Positions 1 through 12,945 of a stretch of DNA of 64,000 nt are shown piece after piece (positions within the stretch are counted from its first letter, which is position 1; each line of letters opens with the position of its first letter). The notes beneath the pieces were generated by a model. It saw only the letters and a list, made by a program, of their open reading frames with translations. It was not told the DNA's origin and made no database searches. The translations under genes and the position numbers were made by a program. Where the stretch lies: positions 36,028,437 to 36,092,436 of the forward strand of contig NC_092672.1 of NCBI RefSeq assembly GCF_964355755.1, in the 5' to 3' direction. Origin of the DNA: Antedon mediterranea. Its lineage: Eukaryota; Animalia; Echinodermata.

Positions 1-2156
1 AACCAGATATGTACACTAGACCTATGGTTTATATTCCTATAGAACGATTGAGTCACGAATCCTTGCCGATGTTATGTCTACGTAGGCCTATTACGGTTCC
101 ACTGTCTTACAACTCATTCATTTAACACTCATTTGCTGCGTCGAAATAATTATTCAGAACTTCATCATAAATATAAATTATATATTATACTTGGTAGGCT
201 TATGAAGGTTGTGGTATGGTATTCCGTAACTGTCAATCCTTCTATATGTCGTTCCGTCCGCCGGGCGCACGCGCACTCCGTGTCGCGATTGTGGCCATAT
301 AGACGTCAGAACAATAACGACTACCGTACACTAATATAACACACAATCTTTTAGTTTTTAGCTCGGCAGTGGCTACCTTAAGACCCGTCCAATATCACTA
401 AGGGAGGAACGTGCCAGCGTAATCCTATTTGTTTGCTATCCCCCGAAAGAGATTCTATGGCGCCAGATCGTCATCTCTTTTCACCCCTTAGGCCAATCAT
501 GGGCCAATAAGACATTTAACTTCTGCTACTTTGCAACCTAATTAAGACAATTAATTCCAACTATTCTAATTCATCGCTTTTATTTTTGTTTTAGCACTCT
601 TCATTCAAACACCAATTTCCACAAACACAATGTTAATTGATCAAGCTCTTTGTTATCAATGATGTTAACTCTATCTTTTAGTGTCTGAACACCAATTGTT
701 CAAGTGCTACCAAGTGGCTCTATTTTATTTATCATTGAGGTAAATCCGATAAAGGTTTGTAAAGCAACCGTGAAATTTGCTTTCAAGCCCCTTTCAATTG
801 CGATTGTCATTGCCGCCTAGAAGACTGATCCCGTCGACTGTAAACCCTACAGCCAATTCACAGCTACGCCTTAATTTGATCAACTTTGCCAGATTTAATC
901 ACGTGGTCACTCAGAGTGATAATAATGATTGTGTATACAAATTTGTATTTAACAACATGGCTTGTAAAAAATGATGGGATTGAAATGATGATTGAAAACC
1001 ATGATCTGTTTTGCACCATTGAAAAATACGTTTTCTCCATGCTTTACAATTAATACCATCCGGACATACTGCTATATAGAAAGAGTTAATAGAAGGCCAC
1101 TTAGCTAAGTAAAATAAACTTAATTTTTGTTGTAATCAGAAAAAAAGGACACTGAAAATATAGATAACCGAAATAGTCATCATACGGTTTACAATTAAAA
1201 ATAGTTTTTAAAGAAAAAGGTGGAAAGAATCAATCTAACCGAAATAAACCTCTTGTATTATACCTTAGAAGATAACACTGAAAGACAACCGCTTCTTAAA
1301 CTATAAATATTAATACGGACAACAAATAAATGAACCTTGCGTCAAGTGGGGTAACGTACTCGGGCGTTTTTAGCCCTTTTCAACATATTTTAATGCCTGT
1401 TTGTTTTCCTCTGGCACTGATCAGGGGCCCCATAAGCTTCAGACCCCGTGAGTTTAGCCAGTGAGCGCTCATAGCCGTTACGCCACTGCACCCCAACCCC
1501 AATTAAACGTGCGTGCTGATAGCTGAATTTCAATTTACATATTCGTAATAAAAGCTGACAAATGTGCGGTCCATTATCCATCTGTATAAGCTCTATTTTT
1601 AACGATTCATTGTTGACGTTTATAAATAAACCATCCTATTCCTTAATGAATCAATAACTCCAATGAATTATTCATTATAATTCTATTTTTTTTTATTTAA
1701 TCAAGTGATTTATAATTAACTTATTGTTAAAATGTCGTAAAATAGTATAATTTTAAATCTTGATTACATTGCTAAAGATTAATTTCTTGGTGATAGCCAT
1801 AATTGTTTTTTTTATTGCTAGGTTATATTGTTCATTTAAATTACCATTTATATTTAATTCCACGTCCAGCAATCTTATCGAATGGTGATAAACGAAGTGT
1901 GCGCAATGACGTTCGTATTTACATATCGTGCGCGGTGAAAATATAACCAGTAATAAAAAACGTAAAAGGAATACAATGAAAAGTGTCCATAGCACCTGTC
2001 AAAAATCAGCAATAGGGCTATATTTATTTGTTTTTGTATACGGTATCACAGCCGGTCACACGCCCAGCTGCTTACCATAAGAAAATGGCGCTGCGTTACA
2101 AATCTATTTTCTTTTATTTATTTTATTCAAGCAAACTGATCATTAAGGCCAATTTA

Positions 2157-2277
2157 CGGTAACGGTAAGCGGCAATGGTAAGCGGTAATGATAAGCGGTA
2201 ACGATAAGCGGTAACGGTAAGCGGTGACGGAAAGCGGTAACGGTAAGCGGCAGGGTAACGATAAGCATGTAACGGTT
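2157..2277 (+). repeat. 13-bp minisatellite (~8-9 units)
   Basis: (CGGTAACGGTAAG)n with variants; preceded by TAA-GGCCAATTTAC. Confidence 0.85.
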
Positions 2278-3869
2278 TGCGAAAAACAAACAATTTAGAA
2301 TCTTACCATCGAGCGGAAATCCGCTTAGGACAGATTAAATGTGGGACAAGCTACGCGGTTTTCCGCGTACACTTACCGTTCGCGTTCTTCTGGATTTTAG
2401 GGAGCCTACGAGTAAGGTATTACCACATTCTGCAATACGCAGAACAAATTTAAAAACAGTTTCAGTTCTATAATCAAAAATTGATTTGACTTTCTGAATT
2501 GACTGCACAATTCATATTCAGTGACAGTCTGAACAGGGAGTTGTAAAATAAATTGTACATCTAACTGGTCTTAACGAACATTGCAAAAATACCATGGTAT
2601 TGGAGAATGTTGTGGTGTTCGCTTTGATTACATTCATGTTTGGCCAAGTTATGTTCTAACTAAAACATTAATCAGTACGTAATATAATTCACCCTCATTA
2701 TTTGATAAGGCATTGAACACGAACCAAACTTTTTTTTCTTTCTATCGATATCGTATAGCTATTATCGATATACCTGGGTTTGTATTTGTGACACTGTACG
2801 AGAATTGGAGAAGCGTTAATGTTTAGCTAGGCAAGTGGATTTTTCCAGCTGCAGGGCTATGGACAGCTGGCAATGAGACGGGACAGGTGGACGCGATGCT
2901 TGGCATGATAAGCCTAGCTATCGATCCCTTCATGTTAGGCTAGGGTTAAAGGCCCACAAGAAACACTGGGTCAACAATAATACAAGTAAACTGATGGAAT
3001 GTAAATGTTGTCTCAACTGTAGAGTATTCCGTCATTTCTAGCACTTCGAACACATCAACAATGACGTCACTCTGGGGTTGACTTCGCATCATACGATAAA
3101 ACGCGATTTGCGTTACCGAATTTACTTTACAATCTACCGTCCTTCGTATACCGTTTTGATAGGCTTCTGCATTATAAACCGCTAATTAGGTATATAGGCC
3201 TATACAATATTTTTCGTCTAATTTATATATTTCCATATACTCACAAAGATATATATTCATTTAGGCCTATAACCTCGATTTAAAAAAAAATTGCCTGGTG
3301 ACGTCGTTATGACGTCAGTTGAGTTTTTTATGCCCTTAGGCGTTTTTATTGCAAACACACGGAATTGTTGATTGATACCAAAAGATATTACATTCTCATC
3401 CAATTCAAAAATTGAAGTACTCAACACGTGTTTATGATATCAAATAAACTGAATACAATTACTATTTATTTTTAGTTAAAGAATTAAATACAATTGTAAC
3501 AACAATTGGTCGCTGTCTTCTCACTTAATTACTTTAAGTGAACGAACTTTGATGTTGTTTTTTAACCAAATATACATGAATGACAATAATAAGAAAGTCA
3601 ACAAGAATAACACGCGTGTTCATTGTATTTTAATATTCACGAATCATGATTGCTGGTAGGAATAGCAAAAACAACTTGTATTGTTTGATACCGAAAGAAA
3701 TGATAGCAATTTATTCTTTTATCAATCATAACAGTCAACGCGCTGCATCCTTTGTGCGTTTTGCAGTTTTCTAACCCGATATAATATTTATATTTGTCGA
3801 TTGTTAGGCCTTACTCTATGTTACTTATTATTGTTATATAATTTATTGAGTTATCACTTTTCAATAATA

Positions 3870-4385
3870 TTTATTCAATGTCAAAATAAAAGAAACAATA
3901 GAAAAGAAGAGCAGGCCTAAAAAACAATTTTTACTATTATCATAATTATTTTCAACATATGGATGATATTATTTTACGTATAGGCCTATTATTTTGTTAT
4001 TTATTGGTCTAATGATAATATAAATACATTTTTGTTTATTAAATTAAATGCATTATTACTTTTTGATTATCAATATTTTTCGAAACAAAATTTAATAAAT
4101 AGTAGTAATAATATTAGTATTTATTGAATAATGTCGATTTTAAAATAAAGGAAACAATAAAACAGAAGAGCAAATTATAGGCCTAGGATAAAAAGTGATT
4201 TTTTACAAGTATCAGCATAATTATTTTCAACTTATGGTATTATCTAGTAGGACTAAATTTCATTTTTGTATTTATGATATATTATTACATTTTTAGCAAT
4301 ATTTTTTTTAATGCATTGTTACTGTTTGATTATCAGTATTTTTCAAAAAATAATTTTGATAAACAGTAATATTATTTATATTGAA
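3870..4385 (+). repeat. Old ~255-bp tandem duplication, AT-rich
   Basis: AAAATAAA(A/G)GAAACAATA..AGAAGAGCA...CATAATTATTTTCAAC...AATGCATT.TTACT.TTTGATTATCA present twice. Confidence 0.7.
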
Positions 4386-5529
4386 ACTAAAATATGCTAA
4401 AAACTGAGCTAGGCTCTGGCCTCTAGGCACACATTAGTTAGTATCCAGCGCGGATATGTCAACCTTCCGCGCTACAAATCTCATATATAAACAATATTTA
4501 ATAAACACTGCCTGGGCCTAGGAGGGGGTAAAAGTACACAACAAATACAGCCCAATTAATAGCACACGAAGTCGTATTGTTTTCTACGTTTGTACTGCTG
4601 AGTTGATGTTCAGCGTAATTGTATCAAGTTTAGAAATTGTATCCCCTTCTGGAGTCGACAGCCGTTGATTTTGACAACGTGGGTGATACATAAATATGGA
4701 ATTGTGACGCCTCATTGTCGAAATTACTAGTTCTGCATAGGCACAAATCTTTTGATCCATAATTGGAGAAATTCGCCTGATCAAACATTATTCGTATCCC
4801 GGGGCAGCCAAAAATTCTGTTTGGACCACATAAGCTTTAATATGGACCGTTATTATTCTACTAAAGAAATTGTTGAAAAACTTGAAGAGCAGATTTTATA
4901 AAATTAAACTCATGATTATTTTAAACTCGAATAATTTTATTTTAAAAGGTTACCTTTGACTTGATAAAAAAGAAGAATCGGACATGCAATAAGTACGGTA
5001 TTAATCAAGTTTAAAAAAAGAAAAAAATACATAGGCCTAATTTTATTTGTATTAACACTTTACGTTACTGGGCATCGTAATGAGAAAATATTAAGATAAA
5101 ATTAATGGTAAAATGATGATAAGAGTGACATTCACAATGTATTCAGTGAGATGTGATCCAGTAAAATGTAATGTAGGGTAATTACATCATACAGTACTGA
5201 AGAGCATCATATGTTGTCACATGTTACAACTGTATCATAATTATGAAGTGATAATATTCTGATAAAATTATGATTATATTAATAATCTATGTTCTGAACA
5301 TATTTGTAATGAATACGACTGTCTGCAACTTAATACAACCGCCAACTTTGTCCCATATTCCATTTATTATGTTAAGATTTTAAAGATAATAACGGTTTGG
5401 TATTTTAAAGAAAAGTTTTCTTGGGAAACATGTCCATTTCGATTAATTCATATCATATCTATACGAGGGTTAAACATTGGATATGACACTACACCTCACA
5501 CTGTGTTCATAATAAGCTAAAATAAACTC

Positions 5530-7050
5530 TATTGATCGGCCATTGAATATTCACGCCTCCCTGTGCGACCACAGAATTCCTCTTCGCACATTTGTAGCCA
5601 CAGGGTCATCCGTTGTCTCACGTCTGTTAGCTGGTGTTGGTCACTAAATATGTCCAATTTGTGTAACTCAAGTGTATTTGACCCTAGGGGTGTCCGTTTT
5701 GTCCACGTACGTCGGGTCATTGCAATTGTCATCAGTAGAATGCTAGGCCTAGTTCATAGGTCCTTAATGAATGGAAGCACGGTCGTTTCCCCCACTCCCT
5801 GCAGTGAGCCAGCTTTCATACGCGTCGTTGCAGGAGTTCGCTGTGTTGGGTCAACCCTTTCATAACTTCACGAGTTTGCTAACCTCCTTAAAGTGCTTAT
5901 GTGCGTTTGGTACGTATGTAGGTAAGTCATAGACCGACAGTACGATGACACTCGTCATACCAAGTGAGAAGTTCCCCGCGTGAAGCTGTTTCTTCCCCGG
6001 GTTGCACACTTATCTTCCGTGGTAATGTAAACAACATAGTACATATCCTAGTATATTGTTACAATAGAGTGATAGGTGAGAGAAATGATGTCTCTGGCAT
6101 TGTTAGCATAGCTAACATTCTGTTGGCGATGCTTGGCGTTTTATAAAAAAAAAGTGTTGACAACACACTGTTTAAAGGTTGGCGCGCGTGCGTGAAGAAT
6201 TTGGTAACGAAATGCGATTTAGACAATAGTTGAAAGGACATCAAACTCTGTCTAATTATCAATTCAAATTGTCCCATTTTAATCTAAATTAAAGTAATAT
6301 GATTAGTAGGCCGTCAATAAAATACATCTTTAAAAATGTTCCGTTACCAAATAGTATGCTTTTATTATCATAAATACATGCTATATTAATGCAAAGTAAT
6401 AGGGTTAGTAGGTCTTCAATGGCGTTTTACAACAACAAAATCTTTAAATTTAAAAGTATCCGTTACTGAATAGTATGCTTTTTATTACCATAAATGCAAC
6501 ATACTATATGCATATCATTAAAGGCCTAACATATTTGTATCTAATTTGCATATTTTATGAGATTATATTTATAGGTATTGTTTGTTATTCGTTAAAACGT
6601 CGCCAATCATTTTTATATATCTTTCTTGTGACCCATCTGGCGACGGAACTGGCTGCAATGTCCATGTCCGTCATAGCCGACCTACATAGCCGACCTATCG
6701 GGCCTAAAGAATAGTTGAAGTTATCCACACTCTGACAGTCAAATAGCGAAATATGCGTGATGTAATTCACTGAGTCAATCGGTTTTTGTTACGTTATGAG
6801 ACAAGCGGGTGTTAGGCTCTAGTTTCCGTTTCACACTTTGAGTGTAAATTGCATAGCTTGTTTTAGGACTCGTCGAACCAGTTGATTTACATCAGCTACC
6901 GTGGAGCCTTTAGATTTTCCGTCTGACTTCTTCTTCACTGTGGGTGTAACACCGTGAAATTCATGGCTTGCTGATTCTGCTGCAATCGAAAGAAAATCGT
7001 TCACTCTGCCCGAAAATTGATTTTCTTCCGCTCGAGATAACATTGCCATG
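5530..7050 (-). pseudogene. Decayed tyrosine-recombinase-like (Crypton-like/integrase-like) coding remnant
   Basis: Minus-strand fragments occur in the expected order: box-I-like YITHISLFDCQ(RP)..SAMTDMDIAA (~6650-6765), GQFELII...FFTHARQPL (~6175-6275), and box-II-like TLPRK-(x22)-H-(x8)-Y (R 6017-6019, H 5945-5947, Y 5918-5920). Interrupted by stops and indels. Confidence 0.45.
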
Positions 7051-7169
7051 TAGCTTCAGCACGAACCAGTGATAAGCAGTGGATTTGCTTGTTCGTTGGT
7101 TAAATTTATTTAAATAATGTTCTTTACATGCATACCATTCATAATTGCTGCTGCGGAAGGCGCGCGTGA

Positions 7170-7327
7170 AGCTTGGTTCCCTCTAGGACGCAGCGCAAGG
7201 ACGTAAGCGCAACGCAACCGAATTGACCAATGAAAAGCGACAGTTCGAATAATCCATCGCTTGTGGTTGGTCAAGTTACTTACGTTGTGCTTACGTCCTT
7301 GCGTTGCGTTCTAGTGGGAACCAAGCT
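7170..7327. mobile_element. MITE family B (PIF/Harbinger-like foldback), full length, 158 bp
   Basis: TIRs AGCTTGGTTCCC(T/A)CTAG...CTAGTGGGAACCAAGCT, with long inverted arms containing CGCAACGCAA and TTGACCAAT. Confidence 0.8.
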
Positions 7328-7630
7328 GGCTCAAAGATCTTGAACCCAACACAAGGTTACGTGAGCGCATCGCGATCTGATCAACTATTCTTTATAATTG
7401 TTCAAAACCCCCGCGCGTTGCCTACACGTCGTGGGCAACCAAAGTGTTCGGCCCAAGATGTGATTCTCAAACACGAGAGACGCGAGTTGTGAGAGGGCGT
7501 ACAAAATAGTACCGTAATTGATTGTGTCATAAGCAGTATGTTCGTCTAAGGCTAATCAAAGCAATATCTAATTGTCTTGCCCAAAGTAGGAAAACTGTTT
7601 TTCCTACTTTTAACAATGCGCTCCAAAAGA

Positions 7631-7916
7631 AACTGTGTCTTTGTCTCGTACCTCTATCAAACTTTATATGTGACAAACAAATGTGATGTGCCCATATATT
7701 TTATTTTATTTATTTATTTTATTTTATTCATTTCGGCAATAAACATAAAATAATAATTACAAAAAAAACATAGAAATATATATATATGAAATACAAGACA
7801 CGAAGCCGAGGAAAGACAAAAGCATTAAACAAAACGCTGTCACTAACATAATTTGGGCATATCACTACCATATTTGGGCACATAACACTTTTTTGTCAAA
7901 CTAGTTTGATAGTGTA
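7631..7916 (-). mobile_element. MITE family A (reverse orientation) interrupted by a ~145-bp insertion at 7700-7844
   Basis: CTATCAAACTTTATATGTGACAAACAAATGTGATGTGCCCATATAT ... TTTGGGCATATCACTACCATATTTGGGCAC...TTTGTCAAACTAGTTTGATAGTGTA matches the reverse complement of the 18169 copy. Confidence 0.7.
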
Positions 7917-10900
7917 TTGACTTAGAAAGAAAAAGTTGACTGATTGTTCGTTGGTGGATCTCTTTAAAAAAATTTGGTTTAACGGTTCGATTAAAAAGTT
8001 TTTATTCCACATGGTGAATTCGTTCTAGTATACTGTTAATAAACTATAATATCCGATGGTAAAATTATTATTAAAAGCATCATTTCTTTATTATAGGTAT
8101 TTCACTGGTCTATGCCTATGTGATACTTTGACGGCCTATCGATTGTAAACGACGTCGTCGTCGCCTCCCGGCATCATGAAACATTTTAAACCCCTTAGAA
8201 TTCAACTCATCGATTTTATGTAAAATATCCATTTTACAGGTAAACTATTTTGTTTGTTTTGCTTTCTGTCGGCCTATCCAAAGTTGTATCTGGATTGTAC
8301 TTTTATGCACACAACCGATTTGCACTCACGCAATACAAGGGTAGACTATAGTTGTGGCGCCGTCTCCCCGCTGTTTTACCGATCCGATCCGTTCTTCCTT
8401 TATAAGGTGTAAATGCTCAATATACGTGTATTGATGAATACAGTGCTAAGACGTTGCAATTAATTCACGCCTCGTGCGTCAACAAGCAAAAGAAAAAATC
8501 AGACTTAATTTGTATATTACACATTGAGCAGAGACAAAACGAACTCGTGAATAAAAGGCGTCATGACTTTGTACAAAATAAGAATGAAACGGATATCATT
8601 TGCAAACAGAATTTCAAAAGTTAAACCACGAGTTATTGTTCGTTGTTTGATTAACTAGTCATAAACACAACTTTATTTCCCTCTCTTTATATTGTTGTTG
8701 GTTTTATTTTTATCCCTCCAGCAAAACATCAAACGCGTTTGAATTGGCGTCAGCATCGAGTTAACGCGTTAAACGCAAACGCATTGTGGCACTCACGTAT
8801 CGGTATACTGTATAACAAAATACAATTATTTTAATTTAAAATAAAAATAAGAAATATTATCTTTAGTTCATTCAATCAACTATTTGCTAAAATTTATTCT
8901 GGGAAAATAACATTTAGGCCTATAAAGAGAAATATCTAAAAAATAATTATGCCATTGTCACCACCATTTTTCTACCCATACAATAACCGTATCACATTTA
9001 ATAATATTATTCATGGATTTGACCACAACAGAATTTTAGCTGTGTGGATGGTTATTTTAATCAAGATCAGGCCAGTTGCAGGCTCGTAGCCAGGGAACGA
9101 ATCCCCTATACTGAAGTGCCCATATAATCTGGACACCGCAGCAAAAGTGACGATTTTTGCGTTTCTTATTGTTATTATAAATATCCTTGTTATGTTATTG
9201 CAAATTGGACGAACAAAAGTATTTATATTTCGTCATGATCATGATCCTCAATACGTGTTTGTTTGTTAACACGACTTTGTCCAAACCGTCACTTTGTTTT
9301 CCATTTATTCAACAACACAATACCTAGTATTATTATTATTGCACCGGGTGTGTGATGGTCTCTGTGTCAACACAAACTTTCGTTATTAAATCCGCTAATA
9401 ATTTAAACGTAATGTTCATGAGTATCTTTTACTGTTGGAATGATTTGATTCTCGATTTCAATTGTTGATGATTATGAATGTTAGATAGACTCTTTGGAAC
9501 CGGAATGAGCAAATACCCAATAAATAGATAATGAACAGACCATCATTATTAACGTTTTTTGTTGAATTTACGACAGAATGCAATATATTGATTTGTTTCG
9601 CCACAAATGTCTCCTTTTATCGCTCCTTTTGTGAATCTTCCATCTCTGATTTTAAAAAAACAACAATCAGATGCTTTAATAGCTGTGTTATTCATAAATT
9701 CTGTTATGTAAACATACGGAATACAAACAGATAACCGATTGTAATCGTAATGATGCGCCGCCAAGATACATCTCTTTCTCTCCGAACGAAACAGAAAGTT
9801 TTAATTGGAAAATCTTCTCACCAATCAGCGATGCAGATAAGGCGCGGTTGGCTCTCCATAGTGTCAGATTTCATGCTTTCGTGCGTATTTATGCAATATG
9901 ATATTAACGATGAAATTTAATCTGTGAATTTGGCTGAGAAGGTGGTCGATGTGTCGCTGTCTATTCACTACACGCATTTACGCAACACCCTTTAACACCA
10001 TAGCTGTTACCGCAACATCGCATGGAGCCAATATTCCAAGGGCTATGGATTTTCACGGCGGGCCAGACATAGTAACACTGCGCATGTGTCGGTCGGATTT
10101 TGTCGATTTTCTGCAAACAAAAAGTGCAAAGACGCGCATTTGGATGAATCAGACTACAGAAAAAACGAAATTACTGAGAAAAAAATCAAAATAATACCAA
10201 TTCAGAATTTTATTAAAAGAATTACAAGAGTTAACGAATATTTTTTATAAACTCTATTTGTCGACGCGAATGTAGCATTAAGATCGAAAGCAATACTGTC
10301 GACAGCGCCATAGATAAAAATGTATAGTTAATTAGTAGAAATGATAGCCAGAAATGAAGAAGATATCAAATATGATATTTGAATGGAATAACAAATATTA
10401 TCAATCGATAGGAGGGTATTCTGCTGCACTATGTGTGGGTATCATTATAATGTTTTTTCATTACTTTATTGAGTGTCTGTATATAGTATTTAGTGTTTGG
10501 TTTAATAAGAATTGTTACAAAATATTTTATTCGGTGAGCAATTTGTAGCGTAACTTGGTTTAAATTCGAACAAATACAATGTCACAGAGTTTAACAATAG
10601 TAATTTGATATGATAAACACTTAAGAAAAAACGATAGAAGAACACCGCATCAATTAAGATCAAACTAAGGATGAGAATGAGACTCTGGACCACGCAGCAA
10701 AAGAGAGCAAGAATAATGAGTTGGTTTTAAAATTAATCTGACAAAAGCAAACGAATTCAAACAATTCCACGAAGAGAGATACGCGCGCGCGTAGACTTTT
10801 TTCACCAATCACAGCTGAGGAAACAAGAAAAGAAAATGTGAAATGTTCCTACCAAAGAGAACAAATTTATATTGACTTAAGTGCAAATAGGCCTACATAA

Positions 10901-10969
10901 GCAGGTTCACACTACGACATAACCACCAAACTGCAAATAATTTAACTAATCTCGACGCCTTGGATCATT

Positions 10970-11166
10970 CTTGCGTTGCGCCCACGTCGTTTGCGTTGCG
11001 CCCACGTCGTTTGCGTTGCGCCCACGTCGTTTGCGTGGCGCCTTCGTCGTGTGCGTTGTGCATACGTCGTTTGCGTTGTTTCTACGTCGTTTGCGTTGCG
11101 CCCACGTCGTTTGCGTTGCGCCCACGTCGTTTGCGCCGTTATTGCGTCCAAAGTGAGAACCAAGCT
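10970..11166 (+). repeat. 20-bp minisatellite (~8.5 units) derived from MITE family B, ending in its right TIR
   Basis: (TTGCGTTGCGCCCACGTCGT)n followed by GCGTCCAAAGTGAGAACCAAGCT. Confidence 0.85.
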
Positions 11167-11423
11167 GTAGGGGGAAATATGTTTAGTAAAACCACTGGCG
11201 CATCCGTTTTGTTGTTGTTTAGAATTAATAGTGTTATAAACATTGATGTATGGCAGTAGTACTTTAGTGATTATTATACGCATTATCGAAATAATGGTAT
11301 TTTGACTATAATTGGTGTGTTGATGGCGATAATGTGACTAATTACAGTTCTGACACTTTTTAAAGATAATTGCTGACTGTTAACGACTCTCATTCATTTG
11401 ATGGTATTTATGTATGAGTGTAT

Positions 11424-11770
11424 GAGAGCTGGAGAGCGTAAAGCTCTGTCTACACTATCAAATACTGTAGTTTGACAAAAAAAGTGTGATGCGACCATAT
11501 ATGGCAGTGATATGCTTAAATATGGTAATGCGAGAGCTGGAGAGCGTAAAACTCTGTCTACACCATCAAAATAGTTTAACAAAAAAAGTGTGATGTGCCC
11601 ATATATGGTGGTGATATGCTTAAATATGGTAATGCGAGAGCTGGAGAGCGTAAAACTCTGTCTACACCATCAAAATAGTTTAACAAAAAAAGTGTGATGT
11701 GCCCATATATGGTAGTGATATGCTTAATCACATTTTTTTGTCACATAAAGTTTGATAGTGTAGACAGGGC
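11424..11770 (+). mobile_element. MITE family A with its left end plus flank tandemly triplicated (~104-108 bp units)
   Basis: GAGAGCTGGAGAGCGTAAA(G/A)CTCTGTCTACAC restarts at 11424, 11532 and 11636. Single right TIR AGTTTGATAGTGTAGACAG at ~11750-11768. Confidence 0.8.
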
Positions 11771-12634
11771 GGGCAATGTTCGAGAAAGAGAGGAAGATTA
11801 TTAAAAGAGAAAATCATTGACAAGAATCACATTCTGATTTTGGGCAAGTGAGGAAAAGCAGGTTCATCCCATTGCATTCAATGTTATTAAAAATATTTCA
11901 CCATGATTGTTCGAATTTGACTTTTATTGGTCAATTTAGGTGGAAATTTAGCTGGGTTAATTTGACCAAAAGTCCAGTGTGATTGTGGCTTTATAGCTGG
12001 CCTACATGGTGACTACCGTACTTGGACCAATCATTGCGTATATATTGTACATTTAAATGCGACTTACGACTCATCAGAGTCAATACACAATTATCTATAT
12101 ATAAATTGTATTTAATTTTTCTTGTATCTCAGACTATATTACAACAGATTCATGTCTACCAAACTGCCTGTCCCCTTATTTTTGACATGCATTGTTTAGC
12201 TCTTTGAATATTGTATCAAAACTCAATTCTTTTTACTTTGCATTAATTTAACTTTATTGGTTAATATTTTCCAGTCGGTCGTCTGTCACATGTCATGTGA
12301 TTTGGTCACGTGGTTATCGGCCATTCACCCTCACCACTTTTAAAAAATTCAAAATCGATAAAAAAAAAGTATTGTCTGTTTACGAATTCTGATCATGTAT
12401 AAAACCTACGAATACTTGAAAATATAATCCTGGAAGTATATGCCTAGGATCTCAAATATCGTGATGGCGCAGAATAAAACTATTAAGTATTATAACAAAT
12501 ACTACAAAAATAAACAAATATTGTTCACTTCAAGTCACCGTCTTCAAGCGTGATAAAAAGTTAAATAGTCTGGTAGAATGTTGTGTTTGAGAGATACACC
12601 CAATCAACTCACGGATAGGTCCATTGTATACTAG

Positions 12635-12945
12635 TATATTAGCTTAAAACTAACTTTTGATATCCTATATAGACCTTATAAAAACCTAAGATGCACTGAT
12701 TATGTTTAAATAATATAAAACTAACTCCAAATAACGAGAAACAAGCCATGATGATCAAATAAAGATCGAAACGTTGAATCATGGCTTGCCTCTCGTTATT
12801 TAAAATTAGTTGGTTATAGCAGGGAAGAGTTTGTAATTTAACTCTTCCCTGGTTATAGTTGTTATTTAAACATAATCAGTGCATCTATTGGTTTTTATAG
12901 TATATTAGGATATCAAAAAGTTCGCGCGTAAGTCTAATTAATATT
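12635..12945. mobile_element. ~310-bp foldback (long inverted repeat) element with a small hairpin inserted in the right arm
   Basis: TTTTGATATCCTA...AGATGCACTGATTATGTTTAAATAA...AATAACGAGA..CAAGCCATGAT pairs with ATCATGGCTTG..TCTCGTTATT...TTATTTAAACATAATCAGTGCATCT...TAGGATATCAAAA. Confidence 0.7.

Noticed and set aside
6410-6442. Minus-strand 'VVVKRH-KT' resembling the recombinase HKT motif
   Set aside because: Needs a frameshift and lies in a duplicated intron-like block beside a branch-point motif; likely coincidence.
10942-11283. Four overlapping ORFs with repetitive Arg/Cys/Val-rich peptides
   Set aside because: They are translations of the 20-bp MITE-derived minisatellite, which lacks stops in several frames.
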